The notes beneath the pieces were generated by a model. It was not told the DNA's origin. It ran no database searches and saw only the letters and a list, made by a program, of their open reading frames with translations. From an uncultured delta proteobacterium (GTDB lineage: Bacteria; Desulfobacterota; RBG-13-43-22), in assembly GCA_963743305.1 (NCBI GenBank), contig CAVUPH010000014.1, forward strand, positions 288,001-352,000: a stretch of 64,000 nt of DNA. Direction: 5' to 3'. This document shows, piece after piece, positions 1 through 11,824 of the stretch. The position numbers and the translations under genes are program-made. Position 1 is the stretch's first letter. Each line of letters starts with the position of its first letter.

Positions 1-1072
1 CCCGCGAGGCCTGGCCCGGACGCAACTCAACTTCAACAACGCCGACCGTTTCTCGGAAGTCACCATCGAGGCCGACAAAGAAGAGGCGCGGGATTACCGG
101 GTGCCGGTCCGCCTTCGCCTGACGCCTTCCAAACTTAAGCGGTTCCGGTTCGGAGTCGGTTACGAAACGGACAACGGACCCGGAGTGCTGGTCCGCTATC
201 AGGACCTGAATTTCAATCATTGGGGGCACGAGGCCAACGCCGAGCTGAGGCTTTCCGAGCGACTGCAGGGATTGGGCTTCGATTACATTCTGCCGGGTAC
301 TCGTAATTTAGACGACAAGACCACTTTTAAACTGGGCTATAAACATGAAATCACCGATACCTACGATACGCGCTCCTTCTTTGCCGTGGGCGAAATCGTG
401 CACCCTCTCGGCCGGGGTCGTCTGGGGTCGGCCTACCTACAACTGTTGCAGGAAGATTATACTATCGGCGACCAGAAAGGGATTGCCACCCTGTTGATCC
501 CGGGGGCCCGATTCTGGCAGCGCCGTTACGACGACCTGGTTCGTCCCACCCGGGGCTACCGCTTTTCCATCGAGACCCGGGGGAGCACTCCGGCCCTGGG
601 CGCCGACGGGTCCTTTCTGCAAGTCATTCCCCAAGGCGATGCCCTGATCCCCCTGGGAAACGGTTTCTCGCTCCTGTTGCGGGGCCAGATGGGCGCCTCC
701 CTTCAGAAGGAACCCTTAAAAACTCTCCCGCCGTCTCTCCGCTTTTTTGCCGGCGGGGATCAAAGCGTCCGAGGATATGCGTATCAATCCCTGGGCACCC
801 AGGATCCGTCCGGGAAAGTGGTGGGCGGGAAAAACCTGCTGGTCGGCAGCCTGGAAATCGAAAAGGCTATTACCCGCCTCTGGGGATTGGCGGCTTTTTA
901 CGATGCCGGGAATGCCTTCGATGATTTCAGCCAATATAAATTGAAACAGGGCGCCGGTCTCGGCCTACGCATTTATACTCCCTTGGGCCCCATCCGACTC
1001 GATCTGGCGCGCCAGATCGGTGAAACCGACAACCAGTATCGGATTCATTTTTCCGTGGGGTTCGCCTTATGA
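1..1072 (+). CDS. tamA: TamA/Omp85-family outer-membrane beta-barrel assembly protein (5' end outside window)
   Basis: Frame open from position 2. Omp85 motifs RFFAGGDQSVRGY and YTPLGPIRLDLA, C-terminal FSVGFAL. Overlaps the tamB-like start (ATGA). Confidence 0.9.
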   Translation, partial: PRGLARTQLNFNNADRFSEVTIEADKEEARDYRVPVRLRLTPSKLKRFRFGVGYETDNGPGVLVRYQDLNFNHWGHEANAELRLSERLQGLGFDYILPGTRNLDDKTTFKLGYKHEITDTYDTRSFFAVGEIVHPLGRGRLGSAYLQLLQEDYTIGDQKGIATLLIPGARFWQRRYDDLVRPTRGYRFSIETRGSTPALGADGSFLQVIPQGDALIPLGNGFSLLLRGQMGASLQKEPLKTLPPSLRFFAGGDQSVRGYAYQSLGTQDPSGKVVGGKNLLVGSLEIEKAITRLWGLAAFYDAGNAFDDFSQYKLKQGAGLGLRIYTPLGPIRLDLARQIGETDNQYRIHFSVGFAL

Positions 1073-4000
1073 AACGAGGATTGCTAATCGGCGCCGGTCT
1101 GCTGGCCCTGATCCTGGCCCTGTTGTCCTGGGGGGTTTACCGCCTCCTCTGGACTCCCGGCGGCGTACGTTGGCTGCTGGAAAAGATCCCCCAATATACG
1201 TCCCTGACGATCCGGGCCGAAAAAGTAGCCGGCCGGCTGGCTGGCGATCTGCTCCTGGAAGGCGTACAGGTCCGGTGGGAGGGCGGTCGACTGGAAATTC
1301 AACAGTTGCAGACCTCCTTCAGGATCAGTCCTCTGCTCCAGGGACGCCTCCTTTTTGAGAAAATTGCCGCCAACCGGATTTCCTTTGAAAAAAAGTCGTC
1401 CCCGCTGGAGCCGCTTGATTTAACCCTGCCCCGGGTCGGCGGCCTTCTGGGTCGTCTGGATTTTGAGGTCCGGACTTTTCTCCTGGAGGCTATTCTCTAC
1501 CAGAGTGGTCAAGAGCCGCCGGTGGTCATTAAAAAAATAGGCGGTCGACTGGCCTGGAAGCAGGGGACCTTGGCGCTCAATCCCCTGGAACTGGAATTGA
1601 CCGCCGGGCGGTTGCAAGGGGCGCTGGGGTTAGGTCTGGCCGTTCCCTCCCTGAAGCTGGATCTCCAATTTTATCCGGAGAAGCCCCTTTGGGGTTCGGA
1701 CCGGATTTTCCTGCAGGCGCACTTGAAGGAAGGCCGCCGCCCGGAACAGTTGGCCGGCCCGCTGGCGATTCAAATCCGGTCGGAATCCAGAGATCAAATC
1801 CTGTTCCAATCCGATCTGGCCGTCGCCCCTCGGCGAATTACCCTCCACCGGTTTTCCCTCCGGGAAAAAGGCCGGGAGGGAACAATTAACGGACGGGGAG
1901 CGATCATTTTTGAGCAGGCGGGTACCGCCTACCAGGCTGATTTAAGAATAGATGGCCTCGATCTATCCCGGGAAGTGAACTTTCCCGCCAAGCTGACGGG
2001 ATTATTGCGGGTTGCTGGAAATCCGGGTTCGTATAAAGGCGACTTCGATTTGAAAAATAATGCGAATACCTGGCGGACCATGCAACTCCGAGGCGGCTTT
2101 CAAGGGAACACGGCGGGACTGGACGCGCAGGTGGACCGCGGGGAATGGATCAAGGGGTCCCTAAAAGGGCGGGTCAGACTGGCCTGGGTTAGGTATTTTT
2201 CTCTTCAGACTACCCTGGAAGGCAGACAGTTCAGGCCGGAGCAGATAAACGCCGGCTGGCCGGGAATAATCAATGCAGATCTCAAAGGAAATCTGCTCTG
2301 GTCGGAGACCGGCCTGTCCGGTGGAACCCTGGACATCCGCCTGCTGGAGAGTCGGTTCCAGGAGAAAAATTTACTGGGCGGGATCAGGGCCACCTTGAAA
2401 GGTGAACGTCTTTCCATTGAAAAAGCCGAACTCCGGGGACGAGGATTCGCCCTTACGGCCCACGGGGATTGGACAGAACGTCTGAACTTTGAAGCCCGGG
2501 TCGCCGATCTTTCCGCCTTGCTGCCCGAAAGCCGCGGAGGGGGGGTGGCCAGCGGCTGGATCCGCTGGCGGAATCAAAAGCTGGCAGGACGCCTCTCCCT
2601 TCAGGGGAAACATTTTTCCTGGAATGACCTCTCCGCTGAAACGTTTAACCTGGAAGGGGGGTTAGACCAGGAGAAACCGAAAACTTCGGTCGACCTGAAG
2701 ACCCGGATTGGGAAAGGGACGTTTCGTTCCTTCCCGGTTGACTCCCTCTCCCTGAAGGTTCAAGGGACGATGGCCCGGCAGGAAATAAGTCTTTCCGTTC
2801 AGACTCCGGAGGGAAAGGTCCAAGCCGGATTGGAGGGGGCTTATCGACAAAGCCGCTGGGAGGGGACCCTTTTAACCCTGGCCGGGGAAATCCCCCGGGG
2901 AAAGGCCTTCCGCCTGAGGGATCCCGCCGAACTGAACATCGGGCCGGAGCGAATCCGCCTTTCATCTCTGGTCCTCACCGGGCCGGGCGGGGAGGTCCTG
3001 ACCCTCGAGGGGGACCTGAGTCTGAAGCCGCTTTCGGGTTTCATACACGGTAAATGGCAGCGGTTCGATCTGGCCCGAGCCCGTTTCTGGTTAAAGCAGC
3101 TTCAGCCGGAGGGAGAGGCCTCCGGTCGGCGCAGGCGCTCTTTTCAGGGGAAGATCGCCTGGAAGTTACCCTCCGGAACGAGATGAAGGGAAAAATCCGG
3201 ACCGCCCGGCAGACCGTGGAAATAAACCGGGGTGATTTAAATCTGAACTGGAACGACGCGGGGCTGCGTTCCTCCTGGGATCTATCCGGACTGGGGGGGG
3301 TTCGATTTTGGGGCGAGGCCGCCTCAGCGGAAAAAGGCCGTTTTTCATTTCCGGAAAAAGGGGGCCTAAACGCCCAATGGAACGGGCTGCGTCTGGACCT
3401 CCTGAAACCGTGGCTGCCTCAAGGCCTTGTCCTGCAAGGACAACTAACGGGCCAGATTCAGGGATTCTGGAGCAAAGGGCTCCGCTTTAATCTCGATGGC
3501 GGGGCCAAGGTCCAGGAGGGTTCCATCGCCTGGAAAGAAAACGGATCTGAAATCCGGGCTCAGGTGCGTCAGGCCGACTTGGGAGTTCACTGGGGTGAGG
3601 AGTCCTTGAAAGGCGATCTGGCGGTTGACCTCGATGGGTATGGAAAGGCCTCGGGAAAATTCCATTTGCCCCTTCCCTCCCGATTACCCTTGAAGTTTAA
3701 TCCCTTCGGTCCGCTGCAAGCCGGACTTTCGGGAAACTTTCGAGAAAGGGGTCTGGTAACCGCCCTCTTCCCCCAGGCGGTTCGTTCCAGCCGGGGGAAA
3801 CTGCAATGGGACCTCGCTGCCCAAGGGACCTGGGAAAAACCAAACCTACGGGGAAATCTGGAACTGGCCGAAGGCGGAGCCGATCTGCCCTCCCTGGGCC
3901 TTCGTCTCCAGGACGTAACGATCAAAGGAACCCTCGGCGACGATCGCCTTCAAATTGACTCACTGGATCTGCGCTCCGGGCCCGGGACCTTGAGTGGAAA

Positions 4001-5003
4001 GGCCGGTTTCAGGCTGAAGGATTGGAAAATTACCGAATTGCAGGGCCGGTTGCTCGGAAAAAATTTTCAATTCGTCAACCGGCCTAGTTTTCAAGCCCTG
4101 GGGAGCCCGGACCTGACGTTTAACGGGGCCCCGGACCAACTCCAAGTGAAGGGCAAGATTGAAATCCCTGAAGCCCTGATCACCAAAGATCTCATTCCGG
4201 GAATAAAAAAAGCCAGTCCCGATGTGGTGATCGTGGATGCCCCCCCGTCCCCCCCGGCGGGCCGGATTTATCCCCTCCAGGGCCTTATCCATCTGGTCTT
4301 TGGAGAAAAAGTCCGGGTAAAAGTCGGCGGGCTGGATACCCTGCTCAAGGGAAATATCCAGGTGGCTCTCCACCAAACCAAGGACCTGACCGCCGAAGGG
4401 GAGATCCGCGCCGACCAGGGTACTTACCTCGTTCAGGGAACCAAACTGAACATCACCCGGGGACGGTTGATTTTTCAAGGCCCCCCCGATAACCCGGTCC
4501 TGGATATCCTGGCCCTGCGGACCATCCGGGGAAGTCAACGCCTGGAAAACTATGTGGATGAGGTCAAAGCCGGCGTCGTGGTGACCGGGTCGATACGGTC
4601 GCCCCTGGTCCGGCTCTCTTCCCAGCCCGCCATGTCGGAGACGGAGGTGTTATCTTATATCTTATTCGGAAAACCCCTGGGACGCGGCGCCGACCAGCAG
4701 AACCTGGCGATTCTGGGCAAAGCGGCCCAGCTTCTTTTGGGAGATAAAATGGACAGCAGCCTGGTCAGCCGCCTGAAGCTGGATACCCTCGATATTCAAT
4801 CCGAAGGCGGGGATGTTTCCCAATCCATCGTTACTGTGGGCAAGTACCTCGACCCACGCCTCTACCTGGGTCTGGGGGGGTCCCTGTTCAGCAATACCTA
4901 TCAGGTCATACTGCGCTACGCCCTTACCCAGCGCTTGGAACTGGAAACCAGGGGGGGCACCCAGAGCGGCGGGGGCATTTATTATAAGGTGGATTTCGAG
5001 TAA
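1069..5003 (+). CDS. tamB: Translocation and assembly module TamB (DUF490), split by one frameshift near 3125-3140
   Basis: ORF 1069-3186 has an N-terminal TM anchor and beta-rich repeats. ORF 3054-5003 has C-terminal DUF490 motifs (LSYILFG, VGKYLDPRLYL). The two overlap in different frames directly after tamA. Confidence 0.85.
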
Positions 5004-5045
5004 GGAAGGCTACTGTAATTGCCAGGATTATCACTATATTTATCC

Positions 5046-5075
5046 TTGACAGCTTCCGGTTTCCTATATTATAGA
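5046..5075 (+). promoter_or_regulatory. Candidate sigma70 promoter of the NHL gene
   Basis: TTGACA at 5046-5051, then AT-rich TATATTATAGA at 5065-5075. Spacing is imperfect. Confidence 0.35.
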
Positions 5076-5144
5076 TCAATCAAATTCCTTGCCCGCCCAA
5101 AAAGTTCCCGTAAAAAATCCAGAGTAATCAAGGAGAAAAAAAAC

Positions 5145-6980
5145 ATGTCGAATCGGTTAAGTTTACGGAAGATTTCGCCCTTCCCTATCCTATTGATCTC
5201 ACTTTTCTTTATTGCCCTGTCGGTTCCCAAGGGGTATTCGCAATCCTTCGTTACCCGATGGGGGTCCCTGCCTCCTGGGAACGGCAACTTCAAACACCCC
5301 ATCGGAGTGGCCGTGGATCTATCGGGCGATATTTTAGTGGTCGACAGCGGCAACCATCGCATCCTGAGATTCAACAACACCGGAGGTTACATAGAACAAT
5401 GGGGTTCCCTGGGAAGCGGTAACGGCCAGTTTAATTGGCCCATAGGAATAGCCGTCGATGGACCAGGGAATATTTATGTGGTCGATGCCGGAAATGGTCG
5501 GATCCAGAAATTTAATTCGGATCGAACCTATCGCTCCCAATGGGGCTCCCCGGGAAGCGGTGACGGCCAGTTTAATTGGCCCTATGGATTGGCTATCGAC
5601 TCAACCGGCAATATCTACGTGGCGGACGGATCCAACCATCGCATTCAGAAGTTTGACTCCAGCGGCGGGTATCAGACCCAGTGGGGTTCCCTCGGAACGG
5701 GTGACGGCCAGTTTAATTTCCCCGTGGGAGTGGCGGTTGACACTGCTGGTAACGTTTTTGTAGCCGACAATAAAAACAATCGAATACAGAAGTTTACTTC
5801 CGCTGGCGGTTTCCTGACCAAATGGGGTTCCCGGGGAGGAGACCCAGGCCAATTTAGAAACCCTTACGGAATAACAGCCAATGCTTCGGGTAATGTCTTT
5901 GTGGTTGACTCGGAAAACAACCGTATTCAGGAATTCAGTATCAGCGGATCTAATGTAACTAATGTAAGCCAGTGGGGTGCCTCGGGGACAGGGGACGGTG
6001 CCTTTATGGGCCCGCAAAACCTGGCTTTTGATACCTCGGGAAACATTTATGTTACTGACGGCTATAACCACCGGGTCCAAAAGTTTAACTCCAGCGGCGT
6101 GTATCAGACCCAGTGGGGTTCCCTGGTTAATGGAAATGGACAGTTAAATTTACCCCGGTCTGTGGCCGTGGATCCGACCGGGACTTATGTATATGTTGCT
6201 GATACCTTCAATCATCAAATTCAGAAATTCAGTACCAGCGGTACCTTCCTATCCAAATGGGGATCTTTGGGAACCGGCAACCTCCAGTTTAGTTTTCCCA
6301 TGGGGGTGGCGGTCGACCCCAGCGGCAATGTCTATGTGTCTGACAACCAAAACAATCGCATTCAGAAATTTGATTCCAGCGGCGGTTATATCACCCAATG
6401 GGGTTCCTTGGGCACTGCAAACGGTTTCTTTAAGGAGCCAAGTGGGGTAGCCATAGATTTATCCGGATTTATCTATGTCGTTGATAATGAGAACAACCGG
6501 GTCCAAAAATTTGACTCCAATGGAGGATATCGCACTCAATGGGGCTCTCCAGGTCCCGGGAACGGTCATTTCAATGACCCCAATGGAATAGCAGCAGACG
6601 CTTTCGGTTTTGTTTATGTGGCTGATCGCCTTAACAACCTGATTCAGAAGTTTACTTCCAACGGCGTTTTCGTAACCGAATGGGGTTCCTCCGGGGCCGG
6701 CGATGGGCAGTTTATCAGCCCAACAGGAGTAGCAGCCGACAAGTTCGGCAATATCTATGTGACGGATGCCTTTAACAACCGGATCCAGGAGTTCTCTTCC
6801 AATGGGACTTTTAAAACCAAATGGGGTTCACTGGGGGGCACCAACGGACAGTTCGAGGTTCCTATTGGTGTAGCGGCGGACCGTTCGGGCCTTGCCTATG
6901 TAGTTGATTACTTAGATTGTTCTATCCGGACATTTGATTTACAGTGGCAAGCCCTATACCTGCCGTTGCTGCGGCGTTGA
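5145..6980 (+). CDS. Secreted NHL-repeat (beta-propeller) protein with 12 repeats
   Basis: AAGGAG RBS before ATG 5145 and a signal peptide. Twelve W-G-[SA] NHL-type repeats of the form WGSxGxGxGQFxxPxG(I/V)AVDxxGN(I/V)YVxDxxNxRIQKF. Ends in ALYLPLLRR. Confidence 0.9.
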   Translation: MSNRLSLRKISPFPILLISLFFIALSVPKGYSQSFVTRWGSLPPGNGNFKHPIGVAVDLSGDILVVDSGNHRILRFNNTGGYIEQWGSLGSGNGQFNWPIGIAVDGPGNIYVVDAGNGRIQKFNSDRTYRSQWGSPGSGDGQFNWPYGLAIDSTGNIYVADGSNHRIQKFDSSGGYQTQWGSLGTGDGQFNFPVGVAVDTAGNVFVADNKNNRIQKFTSAGGFLTKWGSRGGDPGQFRNPYGITANASGNVFVVDSENNRIQEFSISGSNVTNVSQWGASGTGDGAFMGPQNLAFDTSGNIYVTDGYNHRVQKFNSSGVYQTQWGSLVNGNGQLNLPRSVAVDPTGTYVYVADTFNHQIQKFSTSGTFLSKWGSLGTGNLQFSFPMGVAVDPSGNVYVSDNQNNRIQKFDSSGGYITQWGSLGTANGFFKEPSGVAIDLSGFIYVVDNENNRVQKFDSNGGYRTQWGSPGPGNGHFNDPNGIAADAFGFVYVADRLNNLIQKFTSNGVFVTEWGSSGAGDGQFISPTGVAADKFGNIYVTDAFNNRIQEFSSNGTFKTKWGSLGGTNGQFEVPIGVAADRSGLAYVVDYLDCSIRTFDLQWQALYLPLLRR

Positions 6981-7200
6981 GGCCGGCTTAAGAAAAATCA
7001 AGTAGATTCAAAAAATCAATAAAGGTTTTAGCAAGGGATTACTACTTTTGAAATCCAGGTCATTGACCAAAAAAGGTTCCGATCCAATAAATTAACGGGA
7101 ACCTTTAATGTCTATTAATTGCCGGGTGAAACCGTGAGGAAGGGAGCCAAAGCGTTAGACGAAAAACCAATTTTTCGCAGAGCCCAATGAGGCTAACCAG

Positions 7201-7777
7201 TTGTGTTTAATCGCTTGCGGGATTATGCAAAAAGAAATCGATACCCTGATTTCCCTGGGCCAGATCGATGCGAAAGTGGTTTTTCTGGACAAAGGGCTTC
7301 ATTCCGATTACCAAAAACTGGACCAGGCCCTCGAAAGACATAAGTCCAGGGTCGAAGCGAAACCGGTGGTGGTCTACGGCGATGTCTGCCTGGGCTTTAA
7401 AAATGAGATGCGGAGGTTGTTGGAACGTCACGGGGCGGCCAAGGTGGCGGCGCTGAACTGCATCGACTGTCTTCTGGGCGGGGAGGGGAAACTCCTGGAA
7501 ATCGATCCGGATCACCTCTATTTATTCCTGACCCCGGCCTTCATCGAATTCACCGAAAGGATCCTGTCCAAAACCAGGGAAGAAACCCGCCGGATTTCCA
7601 GCCGCCTGAAAGGTATCCTCCCGATCGATTCCCTGGGAAACCTGGACGAATATCAGGATCGCATCAGGGCGATCAGCGACCTCACCGGCTTGCCGATATG
7701 GGAGACCAGGAAGGTGGGTGGGGTTGGCCGGTCTTAAAAAAGTATTATCGAACGCCCTGGAAAGAGTCCAATCCTGA
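7201..7777 (+). CDS. DUF1638-family protein (start uncertain; probable frameshift near 7715)
   Basis: Motifs IACGIM, LDKGLH, VYGDVC, NCIDCLLGG. A duplicated GTGG near 7713-7722 shifts the frame; the other frame continues LAGLKKVLSNALERVQS to TGA 7777. Confidence 0.65.
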
Positions 7778-7815
7778 ATCCTTTACTCCAGCTTATGGAA
7801 AAACGGCCGAGGGAA

Positions 7816-8307
7816 TTAAAGCACCTTGGGGTTAAGATGCCATAAAACCGCCGTGAGCCCGGTGGCCAAACTGACCCAGGCCAGGTAAGGCAAAAGCAGA
7901 TAGCCCGCTAACGGTCGCACCCGGTAGAAGGCGATCAGGGTCAGCAGGATCAACAGCCAGAGGACGATAATCTCCGCCAGCGCCCAGCCACCCAGCCGCC
8001 AGGCGAAGAAAACCCAGGTCCACAAGGCGTTCAAGGCCAATTGGATCAGATAGAACGAAAGGGCCTGCCGGGTATTCTTCTTTCGGTCTTCACGCCAGAC
8101 AAGCCAGGCGGCAATGGTCATGAGCAGGTAGAGGATGGTCCAGACCGGTCCGAAGACCGCCGCCGGCGGGGCCCAGGAAGGCTTGATCAGCTCGGCGTAA
8201 AAACCGGGGGCGTTGGCCGAAGCCCAACCCCCGATGGCCGCCGCCGAAAAAGTAATTCCCAGAATGATGAAGAATCCGACTAAGGGTCGAACTTTCCTCT
8301 CGCTCAC
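7816..8307 (-). CDS. tspO: TspO/MBR-family tryptophan-rich sensory membrane protein
   Basis: Motifs LIKPSWAPPAAVFGPVWTILY, QLALNALWTWVFF and LLLPYLAWVSLA. GTG start at 8307 inferred. Confidence 0.9.
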   Translation of the reverse strand: MSERKVRPLVGFFIILGITFSAAAIGGWASANAPGFYAELIKPSWAPPAAVFGPVWTILYLLMTIAAWLVWREDRKKNTRQALSFYLIQLALNALWTWVFFAWRLGGWALAEIIVLWLLILLTLIAFYRVRPLAGYLLLPYLAWVSLATGLTAVLWHLNPKVL

Positions 8308-8341
8308 CGGTATGATCCCTAATTCCGAAACAGGAATGGAT

Positions 8342-10593
8342 TCAACTGCTGCCAGAACTCGCCTCTGACCAGAGTTTTTCCAGCCGGTCCAGCAGTTCCC
8401 CCATTTCCGACTGGCTGGACAGGTAATAATCGGCATGCAGGCTCTCGCCGATCGAGATGGAAAGACCCTTATCCTTCAGCGCCAGGAAAGCGTCCTCATC
8501 GGTTACATCATCACCGATATAGATGGGCAGCTTGCCTGGTCCCAGCTTTTCCAAAATAAAGGAAACCGCCGCGCCTTTATCCGGCGCCTGGAGGGGCCGG
8601 ATTTCAAAGACTTTCTTGCCGGACCGTAAAGCAAAAAAGTGGTCATACTCCTTGGCCAGATTGAAAATAAGGTTGAAGAGCTTTCCCAGATAGGGAATGG
8701 GCACCTGGCGGAAATGGATGCCGGCCGTGATCGTTTTATCCTCAATGAAAACCCCCGGAATGTAGGTCGTCGCCTCCCGCAGGCGGCCCAGATACTCTTC
8801 CAACATCGGGCGGTCGAATTTCCATTCCGGCAGATCATACACTCCCAGGCCATCCCTTATCTCCGCTCCATGATTTCCGGCATAACAGCAGGTCATCCAC
8901 CCCGACCTTCTCGCGGATATCCTGGAGGCTCCGTCCACTGATCACGGCCAGGGAGACCTTGTCTTTCAAACGCCGGAGCCGGGCCCGCATGGCTTCGGAA
9001 AGGACCGCTTTTGCCGGGGAGGAGACGATCGGCGTCAAGGTGCCGTCGTAATCCAGAAACAGGAAAACCGGCCGGTCTTGAATCTCTTTAGCGAAGCGGT
9101 CCCAATGCTCAAAAATATACCTCTGGATCCTGGACCGCATTCCCGACAAGTGGAGCATCTCCCCGAGAATATCAAAAATCCAGCGGTGGATGTCGTGCTC
9201 CTCCACTTGCCTTCTTAAGGCCGCCATGCGGCCCTTTCGTTCCTGCTCCGGCATGAGCAAGGCTTTCTTGATCTGCTCCGAGAAGTCTTCCACATTGTAG
9301 GGGTTGACCAGAATAGCGCCGTCCAGTTCTTCGGCCGCGCCGGCAAACTCGCTAAGAATCAACACGCCTATTTCATCCACCTGAGACGCCGCATACTCCT
9401 TGGCCACCAGATTCATGCCGTCATAGACGGAGCTGATGATGGCCAGGTCCGCCAGCCGGTAATAGGCCACCAAGTCCGGATGATCGATTTTGGTGTCCAG
9501 GTAGATGATGGGCTGCCAGTCCGGTCCCCCGAATTTGCGATTGATTTTGGCGACCAGTTCCTCCACGGTTTTTTTATAACTCAAATACGGTTCACGCATC
9601 CGGGTCGCCACGGCCACTTGAATAAAGGTGAAGCGATTTCTCCATTTTTCATGACGTTCAAAAAACAGTTGCAGGCTTTGCAGGCGCTTGATCAAGGCCT
9701 TGGTGTATTCCAGCCGATCGACTCCCACGCCCACCTGTCCGCTGAGGCGATATTTCTTTCTGATCCGGCCCATCAATCGTTCGGTCCGGGCGGCCCCGGC
9801 TAGCGCGTTGAATTTCTTGAAATCGATGCTAATGGCGAAAGCCTTCAGACGGGTCAGATGCCCCTCGTAGCGGACCGTCTCCTGCGAATAATCCACCTCC
9901 GCCCCCAGGCCCTCCCGGGCGCAGTCCAGGAAGTTCTTCACAAACAGCGGAATCTGAAACCCGATCAGGTCGTTTCCCAATAAGCCTTTCAGGATCTCAG
10001 GGGCCTGAGGACAGATCCGAAAGACACTCCAGTCCGGCCAGGGGATATGCCAGAAATGGGCGATAACCGCCGGAAGGTTTTTGTCGCGCAGGGCCCTGGG
10101 AACCAGGCAGAGGTGGTAATCGTGAATCCAGACCAGGGAGGGGTCCTTGACTTCCTCCTCGACAGCCCGGGCAAAGAGGCTATTGGCCAACAGTATAATC
10201 TTCCCAATATTTATTGCGGTAATAGACCCGGTCCAGGGTGATGTGGCAAAGGGGCCAGAGTACCTGGTTGGAATACCCGTGATAGTAATTTTCCACCAAC
10301 CCGGGATGGAGCCAGACCCGTTTCAACCGGTAGGAAGGCTGATCCGGCGGGACGGATACCCGGTCGTGTTCATCCACACTATCCCGGTCGGCGCTGCCGC
10401 TCCCCCAGGCGATCCAGGTCCCTCCCAGGGATTGCAGCACATCGTCCAGGGCCGAGGTCAGACCGCCGGCCGGTTGATCCACGACCTTCCCCTCCCGGGT
10501 ATTTTTGTGGATATAGGGTTCCCGGTTGGAAACCACAATAAGATTCTGGTGGGACAACCCGGTCTCCAAAACCGCGCCTAACCGATCTTCCAA
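8342..10593 (-). CDS. otsA: Bifunctional trehalose-6-phosphate synthase/phosphatase (OtsA-OtsB fusion), frameshifted near 10190 and 8890
   Basis: GT20 motifs VSNREP, AGGL, WIHDYHL, FWHIPWP, DGMNLVAKEY and LSEFAGAA, followed by HAD motifs FLDYDGTL, YAGNHG and YIGDDVTDEDAF, spread over three overlapping ORFs. Confidence 0.88.
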
Positions 10594-10612
10594 TGTGGTT
10601 CCTTCCCTAATT

Positions 10613-11824
10613 CTACAGTTCCAGTCGAGGTCGGCCGTTATTTTCCAGAGTGAGCCAGACGGCCAGATAATCCCGCATCTGACGGGTGATCAAAAAATTT
10701 TTTCGCACGTATTCCCGGGCCTGTTCCCCGATCCGGCTGACCATCTCCGGATTGTTCAGTAATTGCCGAATCCGGAAGGCCGCCCCCTCGATGGAATGAA
10801 CCAACAGGCCGGTAACCCCGTGGATGATCTGGAGCGGGATCCCTCCCACCGCTCCTCCGATGACCGGCTTGCCTTTCCACATGGCCTCGGAGACGGTCAG
10901 TCCGAACCCTTCCTTGATCGACTTCTGCACGACTATCGTGGCTGCCCGCTGCAAGGCGTTGATTTTTAAATCGCTCCCGGCCGGCAGCAACAGTAAGAAA
11001 ATATCAGGGTCTCCCTGGCAATAATTCTGCACCTCCGCCAAAACCTGTTCCCCCTCGGGGTCATCGGTCGCCGTGCTGCCGGCCAGAATCAAAATGCAAT
11101 CATTGTACTTTTTGGCCATCCGGTAGGCCTGGATTACCCCGATGGGATCTTTAAACCGGTCGAAACGGGAGACCTGGAGCACGATCGGCCGATCCCTGGG
11201 AATGTTCAATTCGTTCAGGACCTGATCGATCTCCTCGGGCAAAAGATTCCGGTTTTTTTCACTGATGGGATCGATGGACGGAGGAATAATAAATTTGTCG
11301 AGGGTCAAATCCTGGGCAAATTTGGCCACGGAAAAAATGACCCCCTGGTATTGCCGGACATAACGGCTGATCGGCTGCCAGACTTCCGGGTAGGGTTTGG
11401 ACAGGTCGATATGGCAGCGCCAGACCCAGTGCCCGTCTTTTTTGTATTCGATCAGGGGCACCGGCTGCGGATCATGGATCAGGACCATATCCGCTTCCAG
11501 GTCGAGCCGTTGGGCGTTGACCTGATTGATATGATGATGGTAGTCCCACATTTCCGGAGTGATAAGGGCCTCGTCCCCCTGGAGGGCGTTGTGAAACAAT
11601 TTGGTGGTTTCGAAAAACGGTTCGTCGCCCTCGATAACTTCCCAGCGGGTCCGGATACCCAGTTCCTGAAGCATGGGAATCATCCGTTGCAATATTTCCG
11701 CCACCCCGCCGCCGTCTTTCGTGGAATTGATGTGCAGGAAGGTCCTGTCTTTCAGCCTGTCCCCCATGCGCTTCAAAAGGATTAAATCCCCCTTGGGGGC
11801 GATACCGGCATAGGTGTTGATCAT
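10613..11824 (-). CDS. treT: GT4 glycosyltransferase, trehalose synthase TreT type
   Basis: Motifs HINSTKDGGGVAEIL, IHDPQP, WRCHID, QVSRFDRFKDP and EGFGLTVSEAMWK. Confidence 0.85.
   Translation of the reverse strand: MINTYAGIAPKGDLILLKRMGDRLKDRTFLHINSTKDGGGVAEILQRMIPMLQELGIRTRWEVIEGDEPFFETTKLFHNALQGDEALITPEMWDYHHHINQVNAQRLDLEADMVLIHDPQPVPLIEYKKDGHWVWRCHIDLSKPYPEVWQPISRYVRQYQGVIFSVAKFAQDLTLDKFIIPPSIDPISEKNRNLLPEEIDQVLNELNIPRDRPIVLQVSRFDRFKDPIGVIQAYRMAKKYNDCILILAGSTATDDPEGEQVLAEVQNYCQGDPDIFLLLLPAGSDLKINALQRAATIVVQKSIKEGFGLTVSEAMWKGKPVIGGAVGGIPLQIIHGVTGLLVHSIEGAAFRIRQLLNNPEMVSRIGEQAREYVRKNFLITRQMRDYLAVWLTLENNGRPRLEL

Noticed and set aside
3100-3190. Programmed frameshifting or phase variation in tamB or TPS/TPP
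   Set aside because: No slippery heptamer, long homopolymer or SSR tract at the break points. Sequencing indels are more parsimonious.
5245-6900. Regularly spaced DNA repeats (~140 bp period, CAATGGGG[CT]TC) resembling a CRISPR array
   Set aside because: They are the coding NHL repeats within one open frame. There are no identical repeats with unique spacers and no cas genes.
7120-7165. GGTGAAACCGTGAGGAAGGGAGCCAAAGC, faintly like a c-di-GMP-I (GEMM) riboswitch
   Set aside because: The first stem cannot form properly and there is no second hairpin or tetraloop receptor. At most a decayed relic; an Infernal search would be needed.
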